From NCBI GenBank assembly GCA_963788655.1, contig CAWBHS010000060.1:256001-320000 (forward strand): a stretch of 64,000 nt of DNA, read 5' to 3'. Below the pieces are notes generated by a model. It was not told where the DNA came from. It did not search any database and saw only the letters and a list, made by a program, of their open reading frames with translations. This document shows, one piece after another, positions 39,609-51,000 of this stretch. How positions within the stretch are numbered: position 1 is the first letter of the stretch; the number at the start of each line of letters is the position of its first letter. The position numbers and the translations under genes were made by a program. Source of the stretch: an uncultured Verrucomicrobiae bacterium. GTDB lineage: Bacteria; Verrucomicrobiota; Verrucomicrobiia; Limisphaerales; JAFGQR01.

Positions 39609-40036
39609 GTCAGCGTTCTCAGTTTCGTCAGGAACTCCGCCGGACTCAAGGGCACAATACCAAACTGCTTCGCCTCTGTAAAATGTCGCCGGTTGTGTGT
39701 AATGATATGTGCGGCCCCACACGCCACGGCCAATTCCAGAACCAAATCATCATCCGGGTCCGGCAACACTGGCCGCCAGCGGAAGTAAATGGGCTGCTCG
39801 ACACCCACCGCGCAGAGGTAGTCCAGGAAATCCTCACAGTCCTGCCACGAATAGCCCAGCGGCCGACCTTCCCGGTGAACAATCTCGGTGTATTCCGCCA
39901 TCAGCGACACGGACAAGTTCACCTGCCAGCGAGGGTCCGCTCCCAGGCCCTGCAGCAGCGCCGCCGATCCCCCATTGCGCGAACGCAACGCGGCGATCAG
40001 AACATTCGTGTCGATTACGATCTGGAGCGGCGTCAT
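39605..40036 (-). CDS. PIN-domain toxin
   Basis: IVIDTNVLIAAL, EY.E, DPDDDLVLELA and ITHN..HF. Confidence 0.9.
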   Translation of the reverse strand: MTPLQIVIDTNVLIAALRSRNGGSAALLQGLGADPRWQVNLSVSLMAEYTEIVHREGRPLGYSWQDCEDFLDYLCAVGVEQPIYFRWRPVLPDPDDDLVLELAVACGAAHIITHNRRHFTEAKQFGIVPLSPAEFLTKLRTLT

Positions 40037-40090
40037 TGGCAACTAGCGTAGCACCCGATGTCAAACGCCTTCAAGCAACGATTCCCGCGT

Positions 40091-40190
40091 TCCCGCCAAC
40101 TCATCTCCGGCGAGATCACGGACAACACCTGCATGACCGTGGAGTTCAGGAAAGGCTAACGGTTTTCGAGGCGATAGCGCACAAGAAGTA
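40091..40190 (+). pseudogene. Copy B of ClpB-like C-terminal fragment
   Basis: SRQLISGEITDNTCMTVEFRKG, ending in aagaagtag like copy C (aagaagtga). Confidence 0.65.
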
Positions 40191-40213
40191 GAACGGGGCG
40201 TTCGGACTATCTG

Positions 40214-40295
40214 TTGACACCCACCAATCGCAACCGCATTCTTTCCATGAGAATGACGTTCACATTGCCTGACGATCTGGCGCGGCAGGGTAATT
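40214..40295 (+). pseudogene. Sigma70-like promoter with leaderless antitoxin-like stub
   Basis: TTGACA-N17-CATTCT is followed after 4 nt by ATG (40247), giving MRMTFTLPDDLARQ and then unrelated sequence. Confidence 0.45.
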
Positions 40296-40314
40296 TGGGA
40301 GCAAAGCCTACAGT

Positions 40315-40620
40315 ATGAAAGGCGACGGCACGAATATCCGTTTCTTTTACGACGATCCGAGCCACTACGGCTGGCGCGACAAGCTGACCCTCGTTGAAGG
40401 CAAGAGCTGGTGTAACGTCAACGACGATGGGAGCGGGAAGCAGCACCATCTTCCCGGCAACACTATACTCAATCGCGATCCGACTTGGATCGGCCTGGAC
40501 TGGCTTCTGGCCGCGACGGCCGCCTCGTGTGCTGGGATTCATCGGTCAACGGCGGCCGTCAGATGTACATCGCGGATATTGGCTACATCCTGGACCACCC
40601 GCTAACCGGCAAGATCCAGC
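40315..40620 (+). pseudogene. Copy B of beta-propeller protein fragment, internally deleted and frameshifted
   Basis: DGTNIRFFYDDPSHYGWRD..., then [25 protein letters not shown] in a shifted frame. Confidence 0.65.
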
Positions 40621-40645
40621 CGCACCTTAAACACGCTCCCGCACC

Positions 40646-40745
40646 ATGATTTGGATCGCCTCATCGGACAAAGACGCCGACAACGCCAATTACCTTTGGA
40701 TTCAGCTCTTCCACTCCACGCTCATTAGAAAGGGACCGGATGGAT
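40646..40745 (+). pseudogene. Type I R-M HsdM remnant (N-terminus fused to an internal segment)
   Basis: [10 protein letters not shown] is joined to DNANYLWIQLFHSTL..KG; I recall both as segments of one HsdM subfamily. Confidence 0.55.
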
Positions 40746-40788
40746 TGAGACTGGTCAAAGGTCCGCGCACCGCGAATACTCTCTGAAA

Positions 40789-40940
40789 ATGCCTAGTCGC
40801 CGTTCATTCAAGACAGACGAGAGCTTTCTCGAAAAGCTCGCCATCGGTGCTATCGGCGCCCGCGCCGTCTTTGCCGACCTCCAACGGCAAGGCCACAAAC
40901 CCATCGAACTGGAACGCGGCTCGATGGACTACAAGCATCC
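40789..40940 (+). pseudogene. N-terminal stub of an unknown gene, possibly the cognate endonuclease, fused in frame to the methylase
   Basis: SFKTDESFLEKLAIGAIG...GHKPIELERGSM does not resemble the methylase and precedes its likely ATG at 40954. Confidence 0.35.
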
Positions 40941-40953
40941 CAAGAATACTGAC

Positions 40954-41983
40954 ATGCCCGCCACGCTACCAACTCCGCTTTATACGGCCGGGCACGGTCA
41001 AGCCTTCGTCGGTGATTCGCTCGACCTTTTGCCGCGCTTGCCTGCCGACTCCGTGGACCTCGTCATCACCTCACCGCCATTCGCACTCCAGCGCCAGAAA
41101 GAATACGGCAACGCAACCGAGGGTGCCCACGTGGACTGGCTGCTCCAGTTCGCCGACCCCATCAAACGCGTGCTCAAGCCCACCGGGAGCTTCGTGCTTG
41201 ATCTCGGTGGCGCGTACCAGAGTGGACGCCCGGTGCGTTCCCTCTACAACTTTCGCGTCATGCTCCGCCTCTGCGACGAGTACGACTTTCGGCTCGCCGA
41301 AGAATTCTTCTGGCACAACCCCGCCAAACTCCCGTCGCCGATCGAGTGGGTGAACAAGCGCAAAATCCGTGCAAAGGACTCCGTGAATACTATCTGGTGG
41401 TTCGCAAAAACCGATTTTCCAAAAGCCGATGTGCGCCGCGTGCTCGCGCCCTACTCCGAGCGGATGAAGAAACTGCTGAAAGACGCCGAGAGCTTCTATC
41501 GCCCCAAACTCCGCCCGTCCGGCCACGATATCAGCCGGCGCTTCGCGGACAACAATGGCGGGGCCATTCCGTCGAACCTGCTGCAAATCCCGAATACCGA
41601 GAGCAACTCGGCTTACCAGCGCCACTGCGCCAGCGTGGGCGTGAAGCCCCATCCGGCGCGCTTTCCGGAGAAGTTGCCGACGTTCTTCATCGAATTCCTC
41701 ACCGAGCCCGGCGACACCGTGCTGGACATCTTTGCCGGCTCCAACACCACCGGTAGCGCGGCGGAGAAACTCGACCGGCGCTGGATGGCCTTGGAGAACG
41801 AACCGCACCTACCTGGCCGCCTCCGCCTTCCGTTTCGTGGACGAACTGCCGTCGGAAGAACTCGCCGCGCTCTGGAACCGGCTGCACTCGGACGATTTAC
41901 CGGTGGAAGTGAATCGGCAGCAGCGGGAGTTGGTGCTGAAAGACAAGTCCTCGCCGTATGCGACAAAACGCAAACGAAAATAA
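40954..41983 (+). pseudogene. M.PvuII-like N4-cytosine DNA methyltransferase with frameshift near 41800
   Basis: TSPPFALQR.KEYGN, NP.KLPSPIEWVNKRKIR.KD, RPSGHDI, HPARFP.KLP.FFI and DIFAGSNTTG. YLAASAFRF continues in a shifted frame. All closely match M.PvuII as I recall it. Confidence 0.85.
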
Positions 41984-42024
41984 CCTGGGACATTCTGGCC
42001 GGGCATTTAATTGATTCTTCAACA

Positions 42025-42195
42025 ATGGAAAGCATACCACAGAGTTCCTCGCAGACGGATTTGTTCGCCAGCACCCCATTCGCGTTCGGTCCTGGATTCC
42101 TTCGCGACCACGCCGGCCATATCATGACTGAACCTCGCATCGCTGTCGTGGAGTTGATCGCGAATGCCTACGATGCGGGTGCAACGCATTGCCGA
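42025..42195 (+). pseudogene. N-terminal stub of GHKL/HATPase (Hsp90/MORC-like) protein
   Basis: [20 protein letters not shown]-box motif, truncated and joined to propeller copy C. Confidence 0.65.
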
Positions 42196-42451
42196 CTGCC
42201 ATCCGACGCCGGAGAATTACCAGCATGTGTATCTCTTCCGCGTCCCCACCGGATCGTTCATCCCCGTCGCAAAAATGAAAAACACGGCGTCCAAAGGAAA
42301 TTTCCACGTGGACCTTCACATCCAGCCCAGCGGCGACAGTCGCACGGTGTGCTGGGATTCATCGGTCAGCGGCGGCCGTCAGGTGTATATCGCGGATGTC
42401 GGCTACATCCTGGACCACCCGCCCGCCGGCAAGAATCCAAGCGGAACTTAG
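42195..42451 (+). pseudogene. Copy C of beta-propeller 3'-end fragment
   Basis: [43 protein letters not shown]. Confidence 0.7.
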
Positions 42452-42466
42452 ACACACTCCCGCACC

Positions 42467-42751
42467 ATGATATGGATCCCTCCATCCGACCTCCAACTCA
42501 TGCTCCTGTACGCCCGCCTGACGGACTGCCAGATCTCCCTCGACCTGACCGCCGCAGCCGAAGAATACATCGCTCGCGAAGGCTACGACCCGGTCTATGG
42601 CGCCCGTCCGCTGAAACGTTTTCTCCGACTCCTCCTCGAAAGCCCTCTGTCCCGCCATTGTATCTCCGGCGAGATCAACGATCACAGCCGCGTGACGGTG
42701 GAGTTGAAGAAAGGGGCACTGCTGTTTGAGACGGAAGCGGGGAAGAAGTGA
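42467..42751 (+). pseudogene. HsdM start (MIWIPPSD) fused to ClpB-like C-terminal fragment, copy C
   Basis: Contains the ClpB/ClpC D2-small motif EGYDPVYGARPLKR but no AAA+ core. Confidence 0.8.
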
Positions 42752-42782
42752 CTGATCCCAAACACTTGCGAAACCCTCCAAA

Positions 42783-44313
42783 ATGATTGGCTACCAGACC
42801 TACTGTGAAATCAAGGCCTTGCATTCGAGCCAGCACCTACGGGCTTCACAAATCGCTCGTCGACTGTCTTTGTGTCCAAAGACGGTCAGGAAGTGGCTCT
42901 CCAAAAAACGATACGAACAGCCACGGCAGCCCCCGAAGTTAAGTTTCCTCGACCCTTACAAGACTGCCATCGCGCTCGAAATGTCGTTTGGCCAGTGCAG
43001 CGCAAAGTCAGTTTATCGGTGGCTCAAAGCCGCCGGCTATCGAGGCGGTTACACCATTCTCAATGTCTTCATCAGGCGGCTGAGGCCACCGAAATCGTCA
43101 TGTCGAAACTTGGTGTTGCCTGTTCAATGGATGCTACAGGTAATGCAAGGCAAAACCAGTTGCGCCTCATTACTTCAGCAAATCGAAAACAGTGGCGCGC
43201 GTGAAGACCTTGGGCTGCTGCTTCAGCGCGCGAGAAAGTGTGCGCTCAGAGATCGGAACCGTGCCGTCTGCGTGCTTGCTGGGCTGAGAGGCATTGGAGT
43301 TCCAATTATTGCGCGATTCCTGATGATAAGCCGGCGCACAGTCGCACATAATCTCATTCTCTATCGTGCCGGCGGTCTCGACCGTCTCTTCGGATTTCGA
43401 ACAGGGCGGATAAGAAAGTCCGCACAACCAAAGTACAAAAGAAGCCGTTTTTGCGATCCTCCATTCTCCTCCCAGTGAACACGGCATTAACCGAACAACT
43501 TGGACGATGGATGCTTTGCATCAAGTCATGCAACGGGATGGCCATAAACTCGACAAAGCGGGAATCAGGGAGATTATCAAGAGGGCGGGCTTTCGGTTCC
43601 GGACAGCCAAGAAAGTACCTGACCAGCAATGATCCCGGTCCAGGACCAAACTTCAGGAAATAACCAGCATTCTGCGGAATCTGCAACCCGGTGAGAAGTT
43701 CTTTTCGGTCGATGAATACGGCCCGTTTGCGGTAAAGATTCAGGGAGGACGAAGCCTGATGGGGCCAGGGGAGACGAAGACAGTGCCCCAGTATCAGAAG
43801 AGTAAGGGCAGCCTGATTCTGACCGCAGCCCTGGAGTTGTCGGAAAACCAGGTGACGCACTTCTACTCCGACCGAAAGAACACGGACGAGATGCTCAAGC
43901 TATTGGAGTTGCTGTTGGAGCAATACACTGACCAGGCTTGCATCTACTTTTCCTGGGATGCGGCTTCCTGGCATGCCTCCAAGAAGCTCTACAAACGAGT
44001 CGAGCAGATCAACTCGTCCGAGTATCAGGCCAGCCACAAGGTGCCGATGGTCAGGCTCGCCCCACTGCCGTCCTGTGCCCAATTTCTGAATGTGATCGAA
44101 TCCGTGTTCAGCGGCATGGCCAGGGCGATCATCCACAACAGCGATTACCCATCGGTGGACGCCTGCAAAGCCGCAATCGACCGCCACTTCGAGGAGCGGA
44201 ACCAGCACTTCAAGGCACATCCGAAGCGAGCCGGCGACAAGATTTGGGGCAAGGAGCTTGTCCCGCCCGAGTTCAGCGAATCCAACAACTGCAAGGACCC
44301 TCGCTACCGCTGA
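42783..44313 (+). mobile_element. IS630-family transposase with IS21 IstA-like N-terminal HTH and three frameshifts
   Basis: N-terminus SQIARRL...TVRKWL...LDPYK...GYRGGYTIL. Core ILHSPP..HGINRTTW, KVLTSNDP, VDEYGPF, WDAASWH and FLNVIESVFS (DDE). Confidence 0.8.
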
Positions 44314-44410
44314 GGACTTCAATGATCAGCGGCAGATTGCCTCGGTCGGCTCGCTCACGGCGGATTGGGAGAGAATTCCCCGTACGAATTCACGCCTTGA
44401 ACCCTGAACC

Positions 44411-44483
44411 GTAGCAGCGGACGTCAGGAGGCTCTGATCTTTTTCGTCGGAAGTAGAATGAGCCTCCTGACGTTGGCTGCTAC
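44411..44483. repeat. GTAG-type REP inverted pair
   Basis: gtagcagcggacgtcaggaggctc...gagcctcctgacgttggctgctac. Confidence 0.8.
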
Positions 44484-44539
44484 CATGTTCGTGGGGGCGG
44501 TTCATGCCGGACATCGCCCCGTTGGGGCAAACATTCGCC

Positions 44540-44745
44540 TCACCGGGCGTCTTTCTGAAAAACTTGCGTGGCGGTTTTGAGGAACAAGTCGCGGGCGGCC
44601 CATTGGTCGGGGCCGGGGCATTGCACCATGAAGACGGCCACCATTCCGTTGGTCGGGTTCACGGACAAATCGGTGCCATAGGCGCCGTCGTGGTCAAACT
44701 GGCCGTTGCGCAGATGATAGCCAAAAGCATTCTGCCCATTTGGTG
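44540..44745 (-). pseudogene. C-terminal fragment of beta-lactamase-family serine hydrolase
   Basis: FDHDGAYGTDLSVNPTNGMVAVFMVQ resembles the HxGAYGT...V.VFMVQ tail; no SxxK motif upstream. Confidence 0.5.
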
Positions 44746-44918
44746 ACATTGGGAGCATCCCGGCCACGCGATGCAAGTCGATGGTCTGCTGTTGTTAGAC
44801 ATGCGGGACGCCTGTCCTACGGGATCGTTACGGCATCATGAATTCGCCCGGGCGCCCTCCCCTGCCCCACGAATTTGATTTGCCCAATACCAAATCCCGC
44901 TATGCTCTCCGAAGAACA

Positions 44919-45786
44919 ATGAAGAGTATCAATCTTGGCAACCAATGGCGGATCAAGGGGCTGCTGCTCCTGTTGGCCCTGGCAACCTGGCTTCCGGCCG
45001 TACCTGCAGGCGGCGGACCAACCGGTGCGCATTGCGCTGATGTCGGACACCCACATCACGCGGGGGACCAACGAATCACAACCATTTCACCAAGGGCGTT
45101 TTGACCGGGCCATCGCCGCGGTGAACGCGGCCCACGTGGATTTGGTGCTGATCGCTGGTGACCTGACGGAAAATGGCAACCGCACTGAACTGCGGGATTT
45201 CCGCCGGCAACTGCGCAAGCTGGCGGCTCCGGTGTGGTACGTGCCCGGTAACCACGACATCGGCGGCAAACTCATTCCCGGCAAGACCAACAAGAACGAC
45301 ATCACCCACCAGCGCCTCCGCGGCTTTGAACGACGCATGGGCCCGTCCTGGTTCGTCCGCGTGCAGAAGGACGTTCGGGTCGTGGGTGTCAATGGCTCTT
45401 TGCTGGGCAGCGGCTTTGCGGAAGAAGCAGCCATGTGGACGACTCTCAGCAACGCCCTGGCCACCCCCACCAACCTGCCGACGCTGCTGTTGATCCACTA
45501 TCCACTGTTTACGGAAAAACTGGACGAACCGGGGGGCGTGTATTGGAACGTTGAACCGGGGCCACGCCAGCGGTTGCTTGCCTTGATCCATCGCGGGGGA
45601 GTTCGCGCCGTGCTGTCCGGCCATTTGCACCGGGAAATCCTGCACCGCCAGGACGGCATCTTGTGGGTCACCACGCCGCCGGTTTCCTTTGCCCTGCCAC
45701 CCGACCGGCAGTATCGGGGTTGGACCCTGCTGACGGTCCCGCCGGAAGGCGAGGTAACCGCGGAGTTCCGGTATCTGATGGATTGA
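44919..45786 (+). CDS. Secreted calcineurin-like metallophosphoesterase with +1 frameshift at GTAC 45000-45003
   Basis: SDTH, GDLTE, PGNHD, HYP and SGHLH motifs. The signal peptide lies in another frame and is joined by removing one C. Confidence 0.88.
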
Positions 45787-45929
45787 ATTGAGCGGCTCCG
45801 GTCATACGTCTATGATGCACGCGGTGATGCAGAAGCCTCCGCGACCGGAAATAAAAGCTGGCAACTTTTACCGGGAATGAATGTTGAGAACTAGGGAGCC
45901 GATGATAGACTGAACCACACGTCGCAATT

Positions 45930-47172
45930 ATGAGTAACCAAAACAATCGGGCGACCAACGGACGGGAAGACCCACCTGAACCTTCACGGAAGACCGTGCA
46001 GATCGCCATCGTCATTATGGCGGTGGCGGCCCTGGGCGCCTTTCTCCTGTTCAAACCCAAAGGCCCCGAAGCCGCCACCAATACTGAAACGAACCCGCCC
46101 ACTGTAGCCGTAAAGTCGCCGGCGCCCCCCTCCTCGAACACTGGCGGCGGCACTTGGACTCCGCCCAAGCCACCTCCGGTGACGGTGTCCGATCCAGTGG
46201 TGCCGACGATGCCTCCGCCAACGAACGTTCTCGTCCCGGTCCCGGCGCCGCCTGCCACCCCCGAAACCACCATGGCGTCGGAAGCCGTGCGGAAGCAATT
46301 GACCGATCTCGCCCAATTGGACCTGACCCAGGGAGAAGTGTCCGCCGACAAACTGACGGCCGCCGCCCAATCGCTTCAGGGCATTCTGGCCCAGGGACAA
46401 AGTGCCTTTGTCAGCGCAACCAGCCAAATGTCTCCGGCCGAAATCGAGCGATTGACCCTAAACATGAGCGCACTGGCCCCGGATCAGTTCCGGCCGTTCG
46501 CGGTGGCCGCCGCCAGCGCCGCGCTCAATGCCGCCACCCAAAGCCAGAACAAGGAAGACGTGGGCGCGCTGTTCCGGGTGTTGGAAGAGCATGGCGGTCC
46601 GGAAGTGGCGCCGCAATTGGAGAGCATGGCCCAGAATTGGAAATACTATTCAACCATTGCCCTGGCCAACCTGCCGGATGGCGCCGGCGTTCCCTCCCTC
46701 ATCCGGATGATCGGCGATGCCAACAATCCGTCGCCCAGCAGCCGAAACGCGGCGTTGCAGGCATTGGCGCAGGTGGCTCCCACTTCACCGGAAGCGATGG
46801 CCGTGCTCCAGGACCAGGCCAAGGCGAACACCATCCCGTTCACCACCTGGATCAATATTGCCTCCGGTACTGGGCGGACATGATTATCAAATCGGTGCCA
46901 TGTCACCGGACCAATTGCCGCCGGAATTGGCCGGCGCCAATATGAAATCCTGGCACCTCGAGATGACCAAGGAAGATTTCTACAGCACGGTCAATCCGGT
47001 CAACCTGACGCCGGATGAAATCAGTCAACGGCAACAAATCATTTCCGATTTAAAGCAGGTCACCGGTGATCCCGAGGTGCTGAAACTGTTGGATCAATCC
47101 GCCAGCTCACTGCTGAATCGGACCACCGCACCGCAAACGCCGGCAGGGCAACCCACCGAACCCGGCCGTTAG
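45930..47172 (+). CDS. Membrane-anchored hypothetical protein (Pro-rich linker, helical-repeat-like) with +1 frameshift at GTAC 46867-46870
   Basis: TM helix and P/T linker. WINIAS continues as VLGGHDYQIG in the next frame to the stop at 47172. Confidence 0.65.
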
Positions 47173-47613
47173 CAGCCAAGGTAAGTCCCCATCAATTGCA
47201 TCCCCCCACTGAGGATCAGCAGGTGCCTTCTTTGATTTGCACAAACGTCCACGCATTCCGGGAGTAAGCGGGGGAATACGCTCAGGGCGCATTGGGTCCG
47301 CCTCCACACATCGGTGGTTACGGCGAGTGCGAGAGCGAACAAAAGCTTCCATCCGCTGCCAGCTCTCATGACAATGCCAGGCCGTATGGGATTGTCATGC
47401 AATCGAAGTGCGTTACTGATGCGGCTGCGGAACGGGTTGCGGTCTTTGGTAGCGCCGATATTTAAATCTCCGTATCGCCGAATTGTATTCGGCAGGCCGT
47501 CCGAAACGTCCAATCCCGCCGGGATCGGTATAACTCCCGGCAGAGTGCAAAGCTGCGCTACAGCAAAGTGCAACTCTGCACTACCGGCCCAGCGCCATGC
47601 CGTGGTTGCACTT

Positions 47614-48090
47614 ATGGATCAGGTAGCCAACCGCGGGAGCGCCGCAATCTTGGCGGGACTTTTGGCGTTGGCCACCGGATGTTGCACCGCCGGCAAGCTC
47701 GCGCCGATTTCGGTCTCTGGCCCTGGCTGGCAGATTCGGCAGGGGCAGGCGGTATGGACACCAAGCCGTGATCAAACTGGTTTAGGGGGCGAGTTGTTGG
47801 TGGCCAGTCATCAAAGTGGAATCTACGTCTTCGACTTTGAAAAAACACCCTTGCCGGTGACCAAGGGACAGGTCACTTCCACCAACTGGCTCATTCAGTT
47901 TCCGGCGCAAAAGCGCAGCTTGGGCAGCCGTGGCCCGCCACCCGCGCGGTTCGCCTGGCTGTATTTGGGAGCGGCGTTGCAGGATCAACCGCTGCCCAAG
48001 CCGCTGCGGTTCGAGCGCGAACCGGAGGGCCGATGGCGCTTGGAAAACACCCGCTCCGGCGAAACCATTGAAGGATTCCTCACGCCGTGA
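47614..48090 (+). CDS. Hypothetical lipoprotein at the head of the lipid cluster
   Basis: Lipobox-like LALATGC; its stop overlaps the next start (GTGA). Confidence 0.65.
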   Translation: MDQVANRGSAAILAGLLALATGCCTAGKLAPISVSGPGWQIRQGQAVWTPSRDQTGLGGELLVASHQSGIYVFDFEKTPLPVTKGQVTSTNWLIQFPAQKRSLGSRGPPPARFAWLYLGAALQDQPLPKPLRFEREPEGRWRLENTRSGETIEGFLTP

Positions 48091-51000
48091 TGCGTTGGTT
48101 GACGAAATGGTGGTGGCTGGTGCTGGCGGTGCTGGTCGTGCTGGGATTCAGCCGGCTGCGTTTTAATGTCGAGGTGCTCGACTTGCTGCCGTCCGACCTG
48201 CCCAGCGTGCAGGGACTGAAACTCTACCAGGAACATTTCGCCAATGCCCGCGAATTGATCATCACTTTGCGCGCGCCCACTGCCGAAACCGCCGAAGCGT
48301 TGACCGAGGCACTGGCGATCCGGCTGCAGCGGCAAACAAATTTAGTAACTGAAGTCACCTGGCAATCGCCCTGGATGGCGCACCCCGATCAAGCCGCTGA
48401 GCTGGTTGCTTATTTGTGGTTCAATCAACCGCCAAAAGTCTTCGAATCCTTGACCAATCGGCTGGCGCCCGATCAACGCGGCGCGGTACTCGCCGAGGCG
48501 CGCGAACAGTTGGCGACATCCCTATCGCCCATGAACATCGCCCGGCGGGCATTTGATCCGTACGATCTGCTGACGCTGCCAACGTTGACGAATTTCAGTG
48601 GCGGGTATCCAGAGCAAGGGCAACAGACCTTCAGTTCGGCCGATGGGACCTTTCGTATCCTATTTGTCCAGGCGCGTCCGGCTTTGGCAGGCTATCGTGC
48701 TTGCGCCGATTGGTTGGCGAAGATGCGACGGACAGTCGCGGAGACGCAGGCGCAGAAATTGGAATGGCGCGAAACGACTGTTCGCTACACAGGGAGGCCG
48801 GTGTTTGTGGCCGAGATTGCTTCGAGCATGCAACGCGACTTGAGCCGGTCGGTGGCCGGAGTAGCCGCGATCATTGCGGGGTTGTTCTGGCTGATGCACC
48901 GGCGCTGGCTTCCGATGCTATGGTTGCTGTGTCTGTTGGGGCTGATCCTCGCGGCAACGTTGGGATTGGGCGGCTTGCTCTTTGGAACGATCAATGTGGT
49001 CAGCATGGGCTTTGCCGCCGTGCTGCTCGGGCTGGCGGTGGATTACGCGGTGGTTCATTACCAGGAAGCCCTCGCGCATCCGCAACTGAGCGTGCCCGAA
49101 GTCCGCCGCCTCATTTCGCCCAGTATCATTTGGGCGGCACTGACGACGATTGCCGCGTTTCTGGTGCTTAACCTTGGTGGTTTGCCCGGCTTGGCGCAAC
49201 TGGGCACTTTGGTGGCCATCGGCATCAGCCTGGCCGCGCTGGTGATGGTGGTGGCGTTTCTGCCGCTGCTATTTCCAGAACGCCGGCATCTGCCGCCCGG
49301 CCGCCCCCCCTTCCCATGGCGAGGATTCTTATTTGCCCCACCGCCGCCGCCAGTCGTGGGGACCGCCACTCCGCCGATGCGATATGTCTGGGGTGCGCTG
49401 TGGGTGACGGGCCTCGTGGTCTTGGCGGCCGTGCTGGTGATACTGGCGCGAGGTCTGCCCGGCGTTGACCGTTCAGGGGATGCGCTACGCCCCCAACACA
49501 GCGAAGCGGAATCCGCGCTCAAGGAAGTCGCGGCCGCGGTGGGCGTGCCGCAAGAGCCGCTCTGGACAATTGCGACGGGAACCAACGTGCCGGCCGTTTC
49601 CAAGCGGCTCGACCAGGAAGCGGCGTTGTTGGCGCAGGCTCGTTCGAAAGGAGTCATCAATGATTACGTGATTCCTGCCGCACTGTGGCCGCAAGTAACC
49701 AACCAAGACGCCAATCGTCCCACGGCGCTTTGGTTGGCCGGCCAGGAGGTGGCGTTGCGGGATGCGGCTTTGCGCGCAGGTTTCAAAACGAATGCGCTGT
49801 TGCTCACCGACGAACTGTTACGCACCTGGCGGCGATTGGGAAACGGTTCCGGCGTCCAATGGCCCACCAACCAGATGAGCCAATGGTTGTTGAAACGTTT
49901 TGTCGCCAATGCGACCAACCAATGGCTGGCCTTGGGTCTGGTGTATCCCGCCACCAATCACACGACCGGCACCGCCTTGGTTCAATTGGCCGCCGAGTTC
50001 AAAGCCAATCATCTTGCGTTGTCGGGCTGGCCGCTGTTGGGAACGGCTACACTGGAGCGGGTGAAGGGACGATTGGGATTGGTGGTTTTCCCAATGGTGG
50101 GATTGGTGCTGGCGTCGTTGTGGCTGGCGTTTCGCAACGTGCGGGAAGTGTTGTTGAGCGTCTCGGTATTGCTCCTGGGCGGGCTGTGCGTGCTGACGCT
50201 CATGGCGCTGAACGGCTGGTCTTGGAATCTGCTGAACTTGATGGCGTTGCCGCTGATCCTGGGCACCGGCGTCGATTACGGCATTTTTATTCAACTTGGT
50301 CTGCGTCGTCACCGCGGCGACGTGACCGTGGTACGACGTTCCATCGGTCGGGCGCTGTTGCTCTGCGGGGGCACGGCCATCGCCGGATTTGGCGGCCTGG
50401 CCTGGTCAGACAATTTGGGCATGGCCAGCCTGGGCAAGATCTGCGCCTCCGGCATCGCCGCCAACATGCTCATCTCGATTTACCTCTTGCCGGCCTGGTG
50501 GTGTCGGATTGCGGGTCGGGCGGAGACGCCGGCACACGGCGCATCAAACCACTCCGAGTTGCCGACTGAACCTTCGACTTTCTATCGGGCCTGGCTGTGG
50601 CGGCTGGGGCTGCTGATGACGCGCATGGCGCCGTTATGGTTGCTGCAAAAGTTCTGCCTGCTGTTGGCGGCGGGCTATTACCGGCTTAATGGACCACGGC
50701 GGCGCGTAGTGGTGGCCAATCTGTTGCCCGTGGTGAATGGCGATCAACGTCGCGCCGCAACGCTGGCGCGCCGGCTTTACCAACAGTTTGCGTTGAAGCT
50801 GCTGGATCTATGGCGCTACGAGAATGGCATTCACTCCGCCATCGAGTTTGGGGGGCGCATTGAAAATCAAACTGGCAACGCAGCCCAGCCCCGCGGAATG
50901 ATTCCAGGAACCGTTCCCTTCACCACGCTGATCGATACTCACCGCACGGGAAGAGGCGTCTTGCTCATCTCCCCGCATCTGGGCAATTGGGAGGCCGGTG

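Noticed and set aside
40789..42729. 646-aa ORF as one giant methylase fusion
   Set aside because: It is read-through of a gene stub, a frameshifted methylase, a HATPase stub and out-of-frame remnants. The true methylase tail is in another frame ending at 41983.
39130..42751. CRISPR array or classical integron
   Set aside because: The repeats are long, diverged, protein-coding fragments with irregular spacing. No cas genes, integrase or attC-like palindromes were seen.
47169..47573. Short ORFs in the gap before the lipid cluster
   Set aside because: No recognisable motif or convincing start in any frame.
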